This document shows positions 1 to 11,587 of a stretch of 64,000 bases of DNA, piece by piece. Below the pieces are notes generated by a model. That model was not told the origin of the DNA, searched no databases, and worked only from the letters and a program-made list of their open reading frames with translations. The stretch comes from Podarcis liolepis (Eukaryota), in assembly GCA_965112155.1 (NCBI GenBank), contig OZ218099.1. The stretch is one strand, 5' to 3'. Numbering within the stretch: the stretch's first letter is position 1; every line of letters starts with the position of its first letter. The translations under genes were made by a program, and so were the position numbers.

Positions 1-214
1 TATCCAACAGCAGACCAATCCAGTTCTTTTCTTGCAGTGCACAGCTGGGAGCAGACAAAACATTCCATGTAAGATTGTTTTGATTCATAAGTCCTGAGCT
101 TGCTTTGAATATTGATCTACCCAGTCAAAAACTTCACAGCTAATTTCTTAGACGGTGTTCATATGGAATCGGGAAAGGGAGAAGATAAATGGAAGGGTTG
201 TTCTGTTCTGCTCT

Positions 215-497
215 GAGAGCCAGTGTGGTGTAGTGGTTAAGAGCGATAGACTCGTAATCTGGGGAACCGGGTTCACGTCTCCGCTCCTCCACATGCAGCT
301 GCTGGGTGACCTTGGGCTAGTCACACTTCTCTGAAGTCTCTCAGCCCCACTCACCTCACAGAGTGTTTGTTGTGGGGGAGGAAGAGAAAGGAGAATGTTA
401 GCCACTTTGAGACTCCTTCGGGTAGTGATAAAGTGGGATATCAAATCCAAACTCCTCTTCTTCTTCTTCTTCTTCTTCTTCTTCTTCTTCTTCTTCC
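215..497 (+). mobile_element. Full-length tRNA-derived SINE with CORE-like body and (CTT)n tail (Squam3-like)
   Basis: Pol III A box TGGTGTAGTGG, B-box-like GGTTCACGTCT, CORE-like gggtgaccttgggctagtcac...cctcacag, simple-repeat tail. Confidence 0.8.
455..497 (+). repeat. (CTT)n microsatellite (SINE tail)
   Basis: Direct reading. Confidence 0.95.
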
Positions 498-1500
498 TCA
501 TCTGCCAAGCCACTCAACACATTCTCAGCACACTGCTTTGGGAGTGAAGGAGGGCAATAGGGGGAATGACTATTTTCCACTTTCCGCCTGACCTTCCTAC
601 CCTTTTCTGGTGTTTGATGCAAATATCACTCAATGGGTACAGATTGCACACTGGATGTCAAAATGATAGGTGGAAAAACAGTGTTTCATCTAAGTCACTG
701 TGAATTTGAAAGCTCTCTCATACTGAAGAAAGAACAGTTATGGCTGGGCTTCCAAAGCTGCATTTGAGAAGATGATCATGTTATTACAAGCATCCAGTCT
801 GCAAGGGTGAACAAACGTTTTCTTGGCTTTGTGGATGCACAGGGGATAGAGATGCACTCACATACACATGCAGCTTGCATATAAACCTTTAATTGTGCAA
901 CTAAGTATGAACACATCACAGACATACAGTTCTTGTATACTTGTAAATGCGGTTTTTAAAATTTCCTAGTCCATTAAAATGCATTTTACCCTACTTTCTA
1001 GATGCCCTCCAGTAAAAAGGAATGCTCCAAAGGCAGGGCTAGGGAAGAGGTCTGGCACAGGGCTCAACAGGCATGGGCCCTATTCTTAATGTACCCCTTC
1101 AATCTCAGATGGCAGTACGGTTCCACTTGAAAATCTGCACAAGTCTGACACAGCTTCATTTTTGTCAAGCACTATTCACAGATGATTTACTGATACTGAA
1201 GTAGATAAAGCCATTAAGGCGACAGCTTTCCATTTTGGAACTTGTTCTGGAACGAAATGGACAAATTGTTCGACAGAGATCTACTTGAGCAAATCAGCAA
1301 GGCAGAACTTGACATTTTAGATAGGGCAATCCAATCTTCACTGGCATTCTTAGAGGTGCGCACAGCATTAGTTGTGGTCTATAGGGTCGACTGCCAATGA
1401 ATACCTGGTGGGGTGCCAGTTTCTTCCTTCCTTCCAACCTCAGAATGGTGATGCTAGGGCAAATTAGTGCCCAGTGCCATTTACAGAGAGGAAGATCTTC

Positions 1501-1511
1501 ACACACACACA

Positions 1512-1542
<31 letters not shown>

Positions 1543-1543
1543 C
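1501..1543 (+). repeat. (AC)n microsatellite
   Basis: Direct reading. Confidence 0.95.
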
Positions 1544-1799
1544 CATCCTGGGGTAGGAGGATATACCTTCTACTCCATGAGCGCTGGTGGTGGCAGTAGC
1601 AAACAATCCAGATACAGAGAACAATCCCTGGGTGCCAAGGCTACAGGAAAATTATGGTTGCCCTTATGCTCCGAGTCCTAAGCTGTTTCTTGGTTGCAGC
1701 AAACATCCTGAAATCCAGAACACCAATGTGCTAGGTCTGGAAGTCGTCCCCCCTTCCTTTTTTCCTTCTATCTCAGAAAGGTACCATGGAAACAATCTG

Positions 1800-2440
1800 C
1801 TTATTTTATTTTATTGTTTTATGTATACATCAGCCTTCAATAGGTCGCGAGGGTAGCTTACAAAGAGTTAAAATTGTAACCGAAGAAACAAAATCATTCA
1901 CACACCACAGCAAGAGCGGTTTTAAAAGCAAGCAGAATGAAAAACAAATGGAGCACGAAGACAGCAATGTAAAGGTAAAGGTAAAGGGACCCCTGACCAT
2001 TAGGTCCAGTCGTGGCCAACTCTGGGGTTGCAGCGCTCATCTCGCTTTATTGGCCGAGGGAACCGGCGTACAGCTTCTGGGTCATGTGGCCAGTGGTTCT
2101 GGCGAACCAGAGCAGCGCACAGAAATGCCATGTACAGAGGATTAAAATGCCAGCGGGAGGAGGTAATAAAGCCTTTGCTTGGCGCTGAAATGACATCAAA
2201 ATAGGAGGCCGGCAAGGCTCCCTAGGGATAGCATTCCACTGTCAGGGTGCCACTACCAAGAAGGCCCACTGCTCTGTAACCACCCAACTTAGCTCTGATG
2301 GTGTGGGTGCCAAAAGAAAGATATCCACTCAACTTTGTAGTACAGGAGCAGCCACATGTGGAGGCAAGTAGTACTTCGCAGTCACAAGCCCTGAAGTTAA
2401 AGGCAGTGACTCACCAAGGTTTGTATTCCATTACAAACTT
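1800..2440 (-). mobile_element. Degenerate L2-type LINE 3' fragment, interrupted by a Sauria SINE
   Basis: TTTAT-rich tail, then gcattccactgtcagggtgccactaccaagaaggccc, similar to the L2 fragments at 11588 and 16975. Boundaries approximate. Confidence 0.55.
1969..2130 (-). mobile_element. Sauria SINE, 5'-truncated and internally deleted (lacertid-type subfamily)
   Basis: (AAAGGT)n is the reverse of the (ACCTTT)n tail, followed by gggacccctgaccattaggtccagtcgtg...gcgctcatctcgcttta. Confidence 0.88.
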
Positions 2441-2589
2441 CAGCATCTCTCTGAATGGCTCGAAGATGCAGTTTCAGTTGTGAATGACTGTGATCCCCCG
2501 ATCAGCTAAATTGTTGCTGGCTCAGTTGAGGTTGAAGTCAAACACAAAGTAGATTGTTGCAAGGCTGAAGTTGGTCCACATTTGTTATT

Positions 2590-2790
2590 TATTTTAGTAT
2601 TACATTTATATTCTGCCTTTCCTCCAAGGTGCTCAAAGTGGCATACATGGTTCTCCTCCTTCCCATATTATAATTACAAGAACCCTGTGAGGTAGGCCCA
2701 GCAAACTTCATAACTGAACAGGGATGTGAACCCTGTTCTCCCACATCTTAGTCCTGCACTCTAACAAGTCCTCCATACTGGCTCTATCTC
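2590..2790 (-). mobile_element. Old tRNA/CORE-like SINE copy (same family as 215-497)
   Basis: tttcctccaaggtgctcaaagtggcatacatggtt...ccctgtgaggtagg...tgaaccctgttctccc...actggctct. Confidence 0.65.
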
Positions 2791-3306
2791 AAATAGCAAT
2801 GGTAAATCAATTAAGACGGCCTGCCAGTGGCTGCAGCTCTGGAGAATCCTCTTAACTAGAAAACCAAGAACAATGATCTAAAGTGGAAATCTTCAACAAA
2901 ACATTCTAATGTCACACTTAAAAGCAACAACCCAGAAGATTGTGTAATGCAAGGAACTAAATTATGCAACAAGAACATGATTGTTCAATTATATTACTTT
3001 GCTGTAAATCTTTTAAACTGAATGAGAATGGTGACAGGACGGTGTCAGATGCGGCAGAAGAAAGGACTGGAAAACCAGAAGCACAATTTTTGTGGCAGAA
3101 AATTGCCAGGAAAGTTTGGACTACCCTTTAGAAATATCTGCTATTTCTAGCCAGTTATCTGCTACGAAGCTACTGAGTCTCGGAAGATTTGGGCCGGCTG
3201 CTGAGACTTGGTGCTTATTGTGTTGCAGTCACAGCTATTTCCTGCAGAAACTCTTTGAAAACTGTGGTATTTTGCATTAGCTGCCAAATTTTGCTGTGAA
3301 TATCTT

Positions 3307-3398
3307 CTTTTTGCAGTAATAAAGAGAACTGAAAGAGGGCTAGAGCAACTGTTGTATCTTAGGAATCCTTGGCAAAGCATTTCAATTATGCCCATGCA
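3307..3398. repeat. ~92-bp direct repeat, copy 1
   Basis: Aligns by eye with 5383-5475 with about ten differences. Confidence 0.9.
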
Positions 3399-5026
3399 CC
3401 TGCACCCCTATTCATTACAATTATAATGCATTTAGGTGTCTTTGCTACAAAATTTTAGCCTTGATAGGTGGAATGGGTGGGTGCGGGGAGACTAATTGCT
3501 TTTGAAGAGGCACATCAGAAACCTAAATGAGTCCACAATATGTTCTTCCCATTTATCTTGCTTGACAAGAAATGCTTCTAAGGGAAAGACATATTGAAAA
3601 TCAAATTATCTCTTATTAATTGCTCCCACTCAATTGTACTTCGATACAAAATAGAAGTATAAGGAGAAAAGGTGCAAATCATCACTGAACCAAGATTCAA
3701 AAGAGCTCATCTCTTTCTGCACCAAAGCAACCTACAGGAACATTGCAAAAATGCACATGCGGAAGGTTTTAGTTTAATCTTTCCATATCCAGGTCAGGGT
3801 TGCATAAACTGAACCATCTTTGGGGAAAGAAAACCATATCTGTTTTTTGTCAGCTTGCCTTGAAATGTTTTTATGATACCGTGCAGCTTGGGTGGTAGGT
3901 TTACAGAGCCCAAAAGAGTGCAGCTAACCGATGCAAAAGAATAAGCTGTTGTTTGCCTTTTCACAAGTTTTTGGCAGATAGTCAAGATGCAGGAGGAATT
4001 TTAGACATTATAAGAGAGAATGATTGCAGTGGCTGAAAAGAGTCGTTGCTTAAGCAAGCACAGTGCAAACTTCCTTCTGTGCATTGCTGCAGCTATGCAA
4101 CCCACATCATGATCTATGCCAGTGCACTTCATTAGGCCTCCGGCAATGCCATGCTACTCCAGTACTGGATAAAGGGCAGAGCTCTATCAATGCATATTCA
4201 TCTGCAGGCATGCTGCAGTGCCAGTAATATCAGCTTTTCTTAACCCAAGCTTTCAGAAAGTACTAACACTGCACTATCTCACTACTTAACACTTTCCAGG
4301 CACCTTTGCGTACTTTAAAGGCTGGCCATTTTCCAGAGGCTAAAAGAAATGTGGTAGGGAAACACAACGTCACCCCACCAAAATCAATTTACTGGCAAGC
4401 AGAAACTTCGGCAAAATTCTTGTACAAATTCCTTAATGTCAACATGGACCCTTTTAAGTTCTGTGTTAAAAAAAGTCAATGCACACAACAATAATAAATA
4501 TTCAATTTTCTTAAACCTCTTCTATGAGCGTTGTTTAAGCCTCCAACAAATAGTAGCTTCACTTTTTTTAAAAAAAAGGTCAATGTTGTATTGAGCTATA
4601 CTTTGCAGTAATAACATAAAGCGACAAATACTTTAAAGTTGCAAACAAGCTAGCGTATGTAATTTTGAATCTCTGTGCATTTGATAAGTCCAAGGTAGTC
4701 TAACTGAACAATGCTAACCCTGGCTGAGGAGCCATGGGCTCTAAGGGGGAAAAGCCAATGTATACCAAGCCCTGGATCTTATGCCGGTCAGGGTGGAAGG
4801 TTGTGGGTAGTTTTGCTGTGCCAAATCCAAGCTGATGCCACAGAGGGAGCTTCTTGTGAGATTCATTTGCAGATACAAACCTGGAAGGATGGCTAGTCAC
4901 TCACCACATTCACCAAAGAGAGGCACCATCCTTAAAAATACTCAGGACACAATAAAGTGATGTTGCCAAATAAACAATCCTTCTGCTACCATAGCACTAG
5001 GAAACTCTCCTACCAAAAGTCTTAAT

Positions 5027-5295
5027 GGGTTGTATTCAATCGGTGCCCCTCTGCTGACAAAAAGCTCTTGGATCTAGGCAGAGCCTTAGCACAACAGGGA
5101 CAGAGGCAAATTTCAGAGGTTCTCCCTCCCCTCCCACAGCCTCCTCCAGGCAACCGCCAATCTGCTCCAGAAGTCCGTGAGACCCTTTGCAGCAGCATGA
5201 GAGGTGGTGTTGGGGCTGTTGGGAGCTGCGAATCACTTAAGATTGCCTTGGTCCCTGTTCCGCTGACAAAAGGCCGTCCAAGGAGCTGTCCAACA
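5027..5295. mobile_element. Old imperfectly palindromic MITE-like repeat with GGGTTGTATTCAA-type end
   Basis: End motif and core (caatctgctccaga) shared with 17950-18173 and 50252-50510. Confidence 0.45.
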
Positions 5296-5382
5296 TAGAA
5301 CCGTAGCGCATGTCCAAAACAAGTGTGCCATCCGCGAGGGCAAATACAGATAAAAGAAGACCACGCCTCTCAGTCACATTTC

Positions 5383-5475
5383 CTTTTTGCAATAATAAAG
5401 AGAACTGAAAAGAGGGTTAGAGCAACTGTGGTGTCTTAGGGTTTCTTGGCAAAGCATTTCAATTCTGCCCATGCA
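5383..5475. repeat. ~93-bp direct repeat, copy 2
   Basis: Aligns by eye with 3307-3398. Confidence 0.9.
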
Positions 5476-5922
5476 TAATTATGCCCACCCTCCAAAAAGA
5501 ATACTGGTAATGACTGCAGAGGTGGGTAGGGATCACCCCTACAGCTGTGCTGTGATTCCTAGCTCTTCTTGAAGGCCAAAAAACACAGATCACCACCACC
5601 ACACGTTGACTACAAAATGTAGCCTTACAACAGAGAAACACAATTGTGGTGTGTATCATGCTTATCTCTTCCTCTTTATTTTACTTAGTCTCAGGATACC
5701 TAAGCTCTGCTTTGGCTCATGTCCCTGCCCCTTTCAGAAAATAAATAAGCAGGTGTCTGACCTTTGGGGACACCTTTGTATTTGTGAGGTTGCTTTGATG
5801 AAACAGCCATATGGGATGGATGGACACACTCCAAGAAACCTGAGAATCTCCAGTTAAATAAACTGGAAAAAGTAAAGTTGGGCAAATAAGAAGTTTTTAA
5901 AGGTCTCTGAAATTGTGCTTAC

Positions 5923-5982
5923 TTCTCTATTAAATCCAGCGTGACTCCCGGTACCAGTCTCACACTCTTCTGCATGCAAAAC
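5923..5982 (-). CDS. RPTOR: Raptor coding exon (exon 7), 60 bp, phase 2-2: (W)FCMQKSVRLVPGVTLDLIE(K)
   Basis: Not in the ORF track; translated by hand. Acceptor ...tttttcatctgcag|G completes the split Trp codon TG|G; donor AA|gtaagc. Confidence 0.96.
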
Positions 5983-7567
5983 CTGCAGATGAAAAAAGAG
6001 AGAGTATATAAGTAAATCACGCTAATTAAACCTATAATGACAGGCTACCCAAAAGGTTCCATGGCAGTAATTGAGTTTCTCATTATTAAAACAAAACAAA
6101 ACAAGTTTGCTACAGCATAGCAGGAAGGAGCATTTGCTGCACTTGTGATTCTGCAGTGGTTTCCATCATTAGTGTCAAGCCTATGTGCTTCAACTACCAT
6201 AGTGACAAGTATGGAAGAGGGAGGGACAGCAAGAGGAGGAGAAAGTTTTGGTCATTTGCCACAACTTCTAGGGAGCATGGACAAAGCATTGAATAAAACT
6301 GAACTAATAGAGTAATGTGGTTTGGTAGCTGGAGTTCCCCAGAGAACAGATGCTGAAAGAAGAAGCACTGGGGAATGAGTCAATAAAGAAATGCCTTGCT
6401 AAAACACCTCCATTCATAGAAGAGTTTGCTGGGAAGGGACCAATAGAGCATTTATTGTAATTATTCCCTCCAATTTCAACAGTTTAACCTATTCAGTCCA
6501 GACAACAGTGCACCACACTGGGAGTGAACAGATGCTTACAAATGACTCACTCAAGCAAAAAACACGTAAGATATGGCCTCCGGCCAAAGATTTGGCAAGT
6601 TGTTTCAAATCAATATGAACTTCGTCTCTCCCTCCTGCGCCTTTCTCTGATGCCCTCACTACTCTAGAGCACTTCTTCCAGCCAGTACAAAAAAAATGTC
6701 CGGGTTCAAGCCCAAATGGAAACAGCAACTGTTACCAAGAGGACCTCATTCAATGGTGAGAAAGATGAATTCTGAACCTTCTCAGGGTCGCATTCATCTA
6801 GTCTCACTTCATATTCTGCAGGATTAAAGCCTGAAAACAAAATTCAGGGTTTAGCAGAAGCACAAAGCAATCTCTGGTTCCAGCTCTCCATTGCTCTACC
6901 CCCCCTCCCAATTCTCCCAGCTTTCTTTCACCTGCTGCCAACTCAACCTTCATCTTCTACCTTTCCAAGACCCATGTTTTCTTTTATTTCCTTTCGTTTG
7001 CCACACACCTCCATCTCCATAGAATCAAAACTATGATAGAGACCCTTCTATCTGCTCAGACCTTTTGTGTGTGTTTGATGTTAGGGCAGCTTAGCCAAAT
7101 ACTGCCAGTGGCTTCACCACCTTTGCCAAATACCTAATTGCATTACAATATACATATTGATTTCTCACTTCACCGTAAATGCAGCAATCAGAGCATTACT
7201 TCTGCTCTTTAGTGTTTATTTTACACTAGTCATGCACTAACTGCTTTACAAAACATAAAGCCAATGCCATTCCTGTGCAGAAGACAAAAAAATTGTTAAG
7301 TGGCAGCCTCTCTGTCATCAGATGTATGAATTTCTGTACATTATAAAAGTGTGTATCTACTTTGCATTAATGCATAATATATTGTCCCTGCTTTAACTAT
7401 ATATCACCCGCTCTGACTATATATTCCATACCCTTCCAATTTTCCTTCTCATCTGACTGACCTTGAAATGCTATAAAGCATTTTTGTGAGTGCAGTGATG
7501 ACCAGTATACATGATAGGGTCTTTTAATTTTCTTATCCATGTGCATCTTTCACCATATTATTTTGTC

Positions 7568-7911
7568 CAGTGTTAGAAACTCAGATATATAAGCTAATCT
7601 CCATATGGCACATTAAACCTAAGTTGCAGTCACCACAATGGAATTTCTAGGCACCACTTCCCACCCAGTGGCTATTGTTGTTATTATTATTACTAGTAGT
7701 ATTTTAAACAACAAATCTCAACTCTCAAAATAAATAAAAAATTCAAAGTAAAACAAATTCAAGCTTCAAGGAAAAATATTTCAGATTCTTCTCTAAGTGA
7801 CATTTTGCTTTCCCCAGTCACCAGCCTGGCATCCAGAAATCTCTGCGTGGTCACAGTTGGACCCGTGCCAGACACAAAATGTGCCTTGCACCTGGCTAAT
7901 TTTGAACACTG
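7568..7911. mobile_element. Old non-autonomous hAT-like element
   Basis: Imperfect TIRs CAGTGTTAGAAACT / AATTTTGAACACTG; degenerate 8-bp TSD attttgtc / cttatgtc (6/8). Confidence 0.55.
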
Positions 7912-8079
7912 CTTATGTCTTTAGCTATATTTATACACATTTCTTGGGAAAAAAATAAAATTTATGTTTTGTTTTTGACAGCCAAAACTGGGAGAGGAAA
8001 AAGAGATAGGATGCAGACAAATGAGTAGTGAGGCTAGGAAGAACCAAGGCTGGCTGCTACAACAAGTCACATCCATTTA

Positions 8080-8255
8080 GGGAAGAGAACATAGCTTAGT
8101 GGAATAGCATCTGCTATGCATGCAGAAGGTCTCATATTCAATATCCAGGAAGGGCTGGTGGGAATCCTAGTGTGGTGCTGCCAGTGAGTGTAAACAGTAC
8201 TGAGCTAAATGGACTAATGGTCTGACTCGGTATAAGACAGCTTCCTGTGTCCACG
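8080..8255 (+). mobile_element. tRNA-derived SINE with CR1-like 3' tail (squamate SINE family)
   Basis: A box TAGCTTAGTGG, tRNA-like head, 3' end ggtctgactcggtataagacagcttcct. Three reverse-strand relatives in the window. Confidence 0.7.
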
Positions 8256-8889
8256 CCTATAGTTTTCCTTGATTGGTTTCTGATTCCACAGTACCAGCAT
8301 CCATCTAATCCATGCTTTCCTCTAACACCATCCATTAAATTTCTGCCTTCAACCGACCACTCTGTACAAAGAAGATTACCAAGCAAAAGAATGTAGGTAA
8401 CCTTTGGCAAGGATCACAAATGATGCATGTTCAGTGTCCTGAAATTTAGCTGCAACGTTGACAAGGATGTACTAATTGATATGCAGCTATAGGCACTGGC
8501 AAATGTTAAAGACCAGCTATTTGATGGTCAATGACACAACGGGAACATAGTATTTCCATGGAAATCTTCAGTCACCTATGACCTTAACTCACTCAGCTTA
8601 TCTTTTGAAATCTGATGGAATGGCCTTAAAGGGGTACAACAGTTTCTGGCCGCCGTAGTTCCATTCTCTTTTATTAGGGCCCTTGCAGCCTCTTCCAAGC
8701 TATACCTCCTAGGCCTCAGGATTGAACGGCAGCCACCTGCCTCAATCCAGACAGCCCTTGTCATGAGCTACCAAAACTTATACCTCGATTCAGTAGGCTT
8801 TTGATTAGGATTTGCTGGTTCAGCTTTGGCAGGCCTCCCATGTACCTAATGGAGTGGGGAAAGTGACAATGTGTCAAGTGCATCATTTG

Positions 8890-8895
<6 letters not shown>

Positions 8896-8944
<49 letters not shown>
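8896..8944 (+). repeat. (TC)n/(TTTC)n microsatellite
   Basis: Direct reading. Confidence 0.95.
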
Positions 8945-9812
8945 AAATTATGGTGCACATCTGGGGTCAATGATATTTTCACACAAACTCTGCACATTAA
9001 AAAGCTGTCATTTTGTTCTGCCCCTCTAGGGCACTGAACAAAAGCATATGAGCAGGATGTAAATAAAGCTGACTTCAGAAATTTCAAGGGGGCTTTCAGC
9101 TTCTTGAAGGAAACATAATAATGAATCAGGTCACTCTGCTTTTGATTAGTAAGGAAAACACCCTTTCTGGGGCATAGTCAGTTCACCATGGTATTCAGCA
9201 TAATGGCACAAACTCAGCAAGCACTCGCAGCTTTCATGTTCAGAGGGCTGCAACTGCCATGGGTCTGCTATCATACTTCAGAATAGATTAGTGGAGGAAA
9301 TGCTCTTAGTGCTCTCCTTTAATGAGCCCCTGCTGTCTCCAGACTAAATCTCCACATGGCAAACTAGTTTATACCTGCCACTCTGTTAGGGACACCCTGC
9401 ATTTTCTCTCAAGACAAAACACTTTTCTTGTGTTCCTTCTTCATCCATAGCTACTTCTGAAATAAGCAGCTATGAAATAAAACAATGATGTGCTAGCATG
9501 ACAGGAGGAGATAAAAAAAAGGTCTAAGTGTTGTATAAATATTGCGGTAAACATGGGTGACTCGGAAGGCACACAGAGATAGCACTCAGAAAAAACCTAT
9601 ATTGGCAATGTTTTTGTTTCAAACTTCTTAAACAGTACACCAAATGAAATGTAGAACTTGCCTTTCAGACCACTTATCTAGAGTACTTTAAAATGCAGAC
9701 ACTCAGCAAAAATCAAATTCCAAATGCTTCTTTTTACTAGTCATCAGTAAGTGGCTATAGGGAAATAGGGCTGGTTAAAAGAAGAAGAAAATAGTAAAAG
9801 TCAAAGTACTGA

Positions 9813-9813
<1 letters not shown>

Positions 9814-9866
<53 letters not shown>

Positions 9867-9885
9867 GAGAGACAGAGACAGAGAG
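9814..9885 (+). repeat. (GA)n/(GAGACA)n microsatellite
   Basis: Direct reading. Confidence 0.95.
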
Positions 9886-10080
9886 CAGGGTCAGGAGTAA
9901 AATATATAGATAGGGTTGAAATCAGAACCTCTTTGTTCAAATCTCTACTCCACAATGAAGCTTTTGGGGAAGATGCAGTACACTTTTGCCCACAATGCAA
10001 AAGCAGGATATGAATGATTGGCATACACCAGATGACAGCTACTTTGTTCCTCCCACCATAGAATTCAGCATTTAAGCATA

Positions 10081-10398
10081 CAGTGGTGCCCCGCAAGATG
10101 AATGCCTCGCAAGACAGCAAACTTGCTAGACAAAAGAGTTTCCTGTTTTGGAGGTGCTTCGCAAAACGAATTTCCTATGGGCTTGCTTCGCAAGACGACA
10201 ATGTCTTGCGAGTTCCTGCTGTTTTTTTCCCTCCCCCCCCTTTTTCTAAGCCGCTAAGCCACTTATCAGCTGATCCGATCAGCAGATAAGCCGCTAAAAG
10301 CCGCTAATCCTTCAATGGGCTTGCTTCGCAAGACGAAAAAACCGCTAGACGAAGAGAATCACAGAACGGATTCTTTTTCGTCTTGCGAGGCACCACTG
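10081..10398. mobile_element. Tc1/mariner (Tigger/pogo-like) MITE, copy A
   Basis: TIRs CAGTGGTGCCCCGCAAGA / TCTTGCGAGGCACCACTG; TA on both flanks (10079-80, 10399-400); repeated subterminal TCGCAAGAC motifs. Confidence 0.9.
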
Positions 10399-10534
10399 TA
10401 GTTTCCTGTTATATGTGTGCCTGGAAACTATGGTTAACAGCTTCAAAATAAGTCAGGATAGTTAGTCAACTTAAAACCATGGCTTGACATCCTGTTTTAT
10501 TTTTAAGTCATTGGTCATAGGGTGTTAGGGGAGG

Positions 10535-10899
10535 GGTAGTACCTCTGGTGGGGGACACATCGTACTCCTGCGGTAGCTTGTCCACCTTTGGTCTCCATTC
10601 TGCACTCAGCTGTCACCTGTGGTTCCAAGAAGCCACCAGCACGTAACAGCAGCCACACCCCAAGAAGTGGCTTCGACTGGCTGGCTAAACCAGGTGAGGG
10701 TAGCTGATGGGTTTCAAGCCCTCAGTGAATTAGGGACTTCCCTGCATGCGAAGACAAGTTCCGGTGGATTGAGCGGATGAAAACAACAGGGGGTCCAATG
10801 GTCGAGAAGGAACATGTTGTGGAGGGAAATGTGGAGCAGATGGAACTCATCAGCCTGGGGAGGCAGTCACCTAGGAGAAGGAAAATTCTGACCCTAAAC
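10535..10899 (+). mobile_element. Probable RTE-type LINE 5' UTR fragment
   Basis: Ends in ggcagtcacctaggagaaggaaaattctga, resembling a motif I recall from RTE 5' regions. Cut off by a hAT MITE at 10900. Confidence 0.45.
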
Positions 10900-11008
10900 C
10901 AGGCTTCCTCAACCTCAGCCCTCCAGATGTTTTTGGCTTACAACTCCCATCATCCCTAGCTAGCAGGACCAGTGGTTAGGGATGATGGGAATTGTAGTCT
11001 CAAAACAT
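10900..11008. mobile_element. Palindromic hAT MITE, right end deleted
   Basis: Homologous to 30622-30761 (cagccctccagatgttttt...caactcccatcatccct...agggatgatgggaattgtagt). Left flank ccctaaac. Confidence 0.8.
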
Positions 11009-11071
11009 ATAGTTCAGGTGGCCTACTGTGGGAATGGTAGTCTCAAAACCTATAGTTCAGGTGGCCTACTG
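10986..11071. repeat. 43-bp tandem duplication (2 copies)
   Basis: tgggaattgtagtctcaaaacatatagttcaggtggcctactg / tgggaatggtagtctcaaaacctatagttcaggtggcctactg. Confidence 0.92.
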
Positions 11072-11146
11072 TGCTTTATAGCCAGTCATGGTTTACAGCT
11101 AGTCATTCCAGTTAGTAACATGAATTATGGAGCATATTTGATTTGA

Positions 11147-11585
11147 ATCGCTTCTCCCCGTTGCCGCCCCTTGGTTCAAAAGGGGTCCGGGGAGAGAAGG
11201 GAAGGCGCGCGCGCGCCTTCCCCTCTGTCCCCTCTTTTGAAGCAAGGGGCGGCGGGGAGAAGATCGCTTCTCCCCGTTGCCGCCCCTTGGTTAAAAGGGG
11301 TCCGGGGACAGAGGGGAAGGCACGCGCGCCTTCCCCTCTGTCCCTGGAGATTGCGGGGCTGGCAACGGGGAGAAGCGATCTTCTCCCCGCCGCCCCTTGC
11401 TTCAAAAGAGGTCCGGGGACAGCAGGGAAGATGCGCTGCGCTTCCCCGCTATCCATGGAGTTTGCGGGGAAAGCTTCGTTTTGCGAAGCAAGCCCATAGG
11501 GAAATGCGTCTTGCGAAGCGGCTAAGAAAACTTCGTCTAGCGAGTTTTTCGTCTTCCGAAGCGTTCGTCTTGCGGGGTACCACTG
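11147..11585. mobile_element. Tigger/pogo-like MITE, copy C: left end missing, GC-rich tandem-palindromic interior
   Basis: Right TIR TCTTGCGGGGTACCACTG followed by TA. Subterminal region (gcaagcccatagggaaa) shared with copies A and B. Confidence 0.85.
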
Positions 11586-11587
11586 TA

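Noticed and set aside
148-622. ORFs with poly-K, poly-L and poly-E tracts
   Set aside because: Translations of the (CTT)n SINE tail and SINE body.
1-5900. Search for RPTOR exon 8 (IPGRLNDRRTPLGELNWIF...), and likewise exon 3 above 38815
   Set aside because: No matching coding sequence found by eye. Both presumably lie outside the window.
8576-8764. 62-aa minus-strand ORF in a slightly GC-richer patch
   Set aside because: No recognisable domain, and it is not RPTOR sequence; exons 6 and 7 already join in frame.
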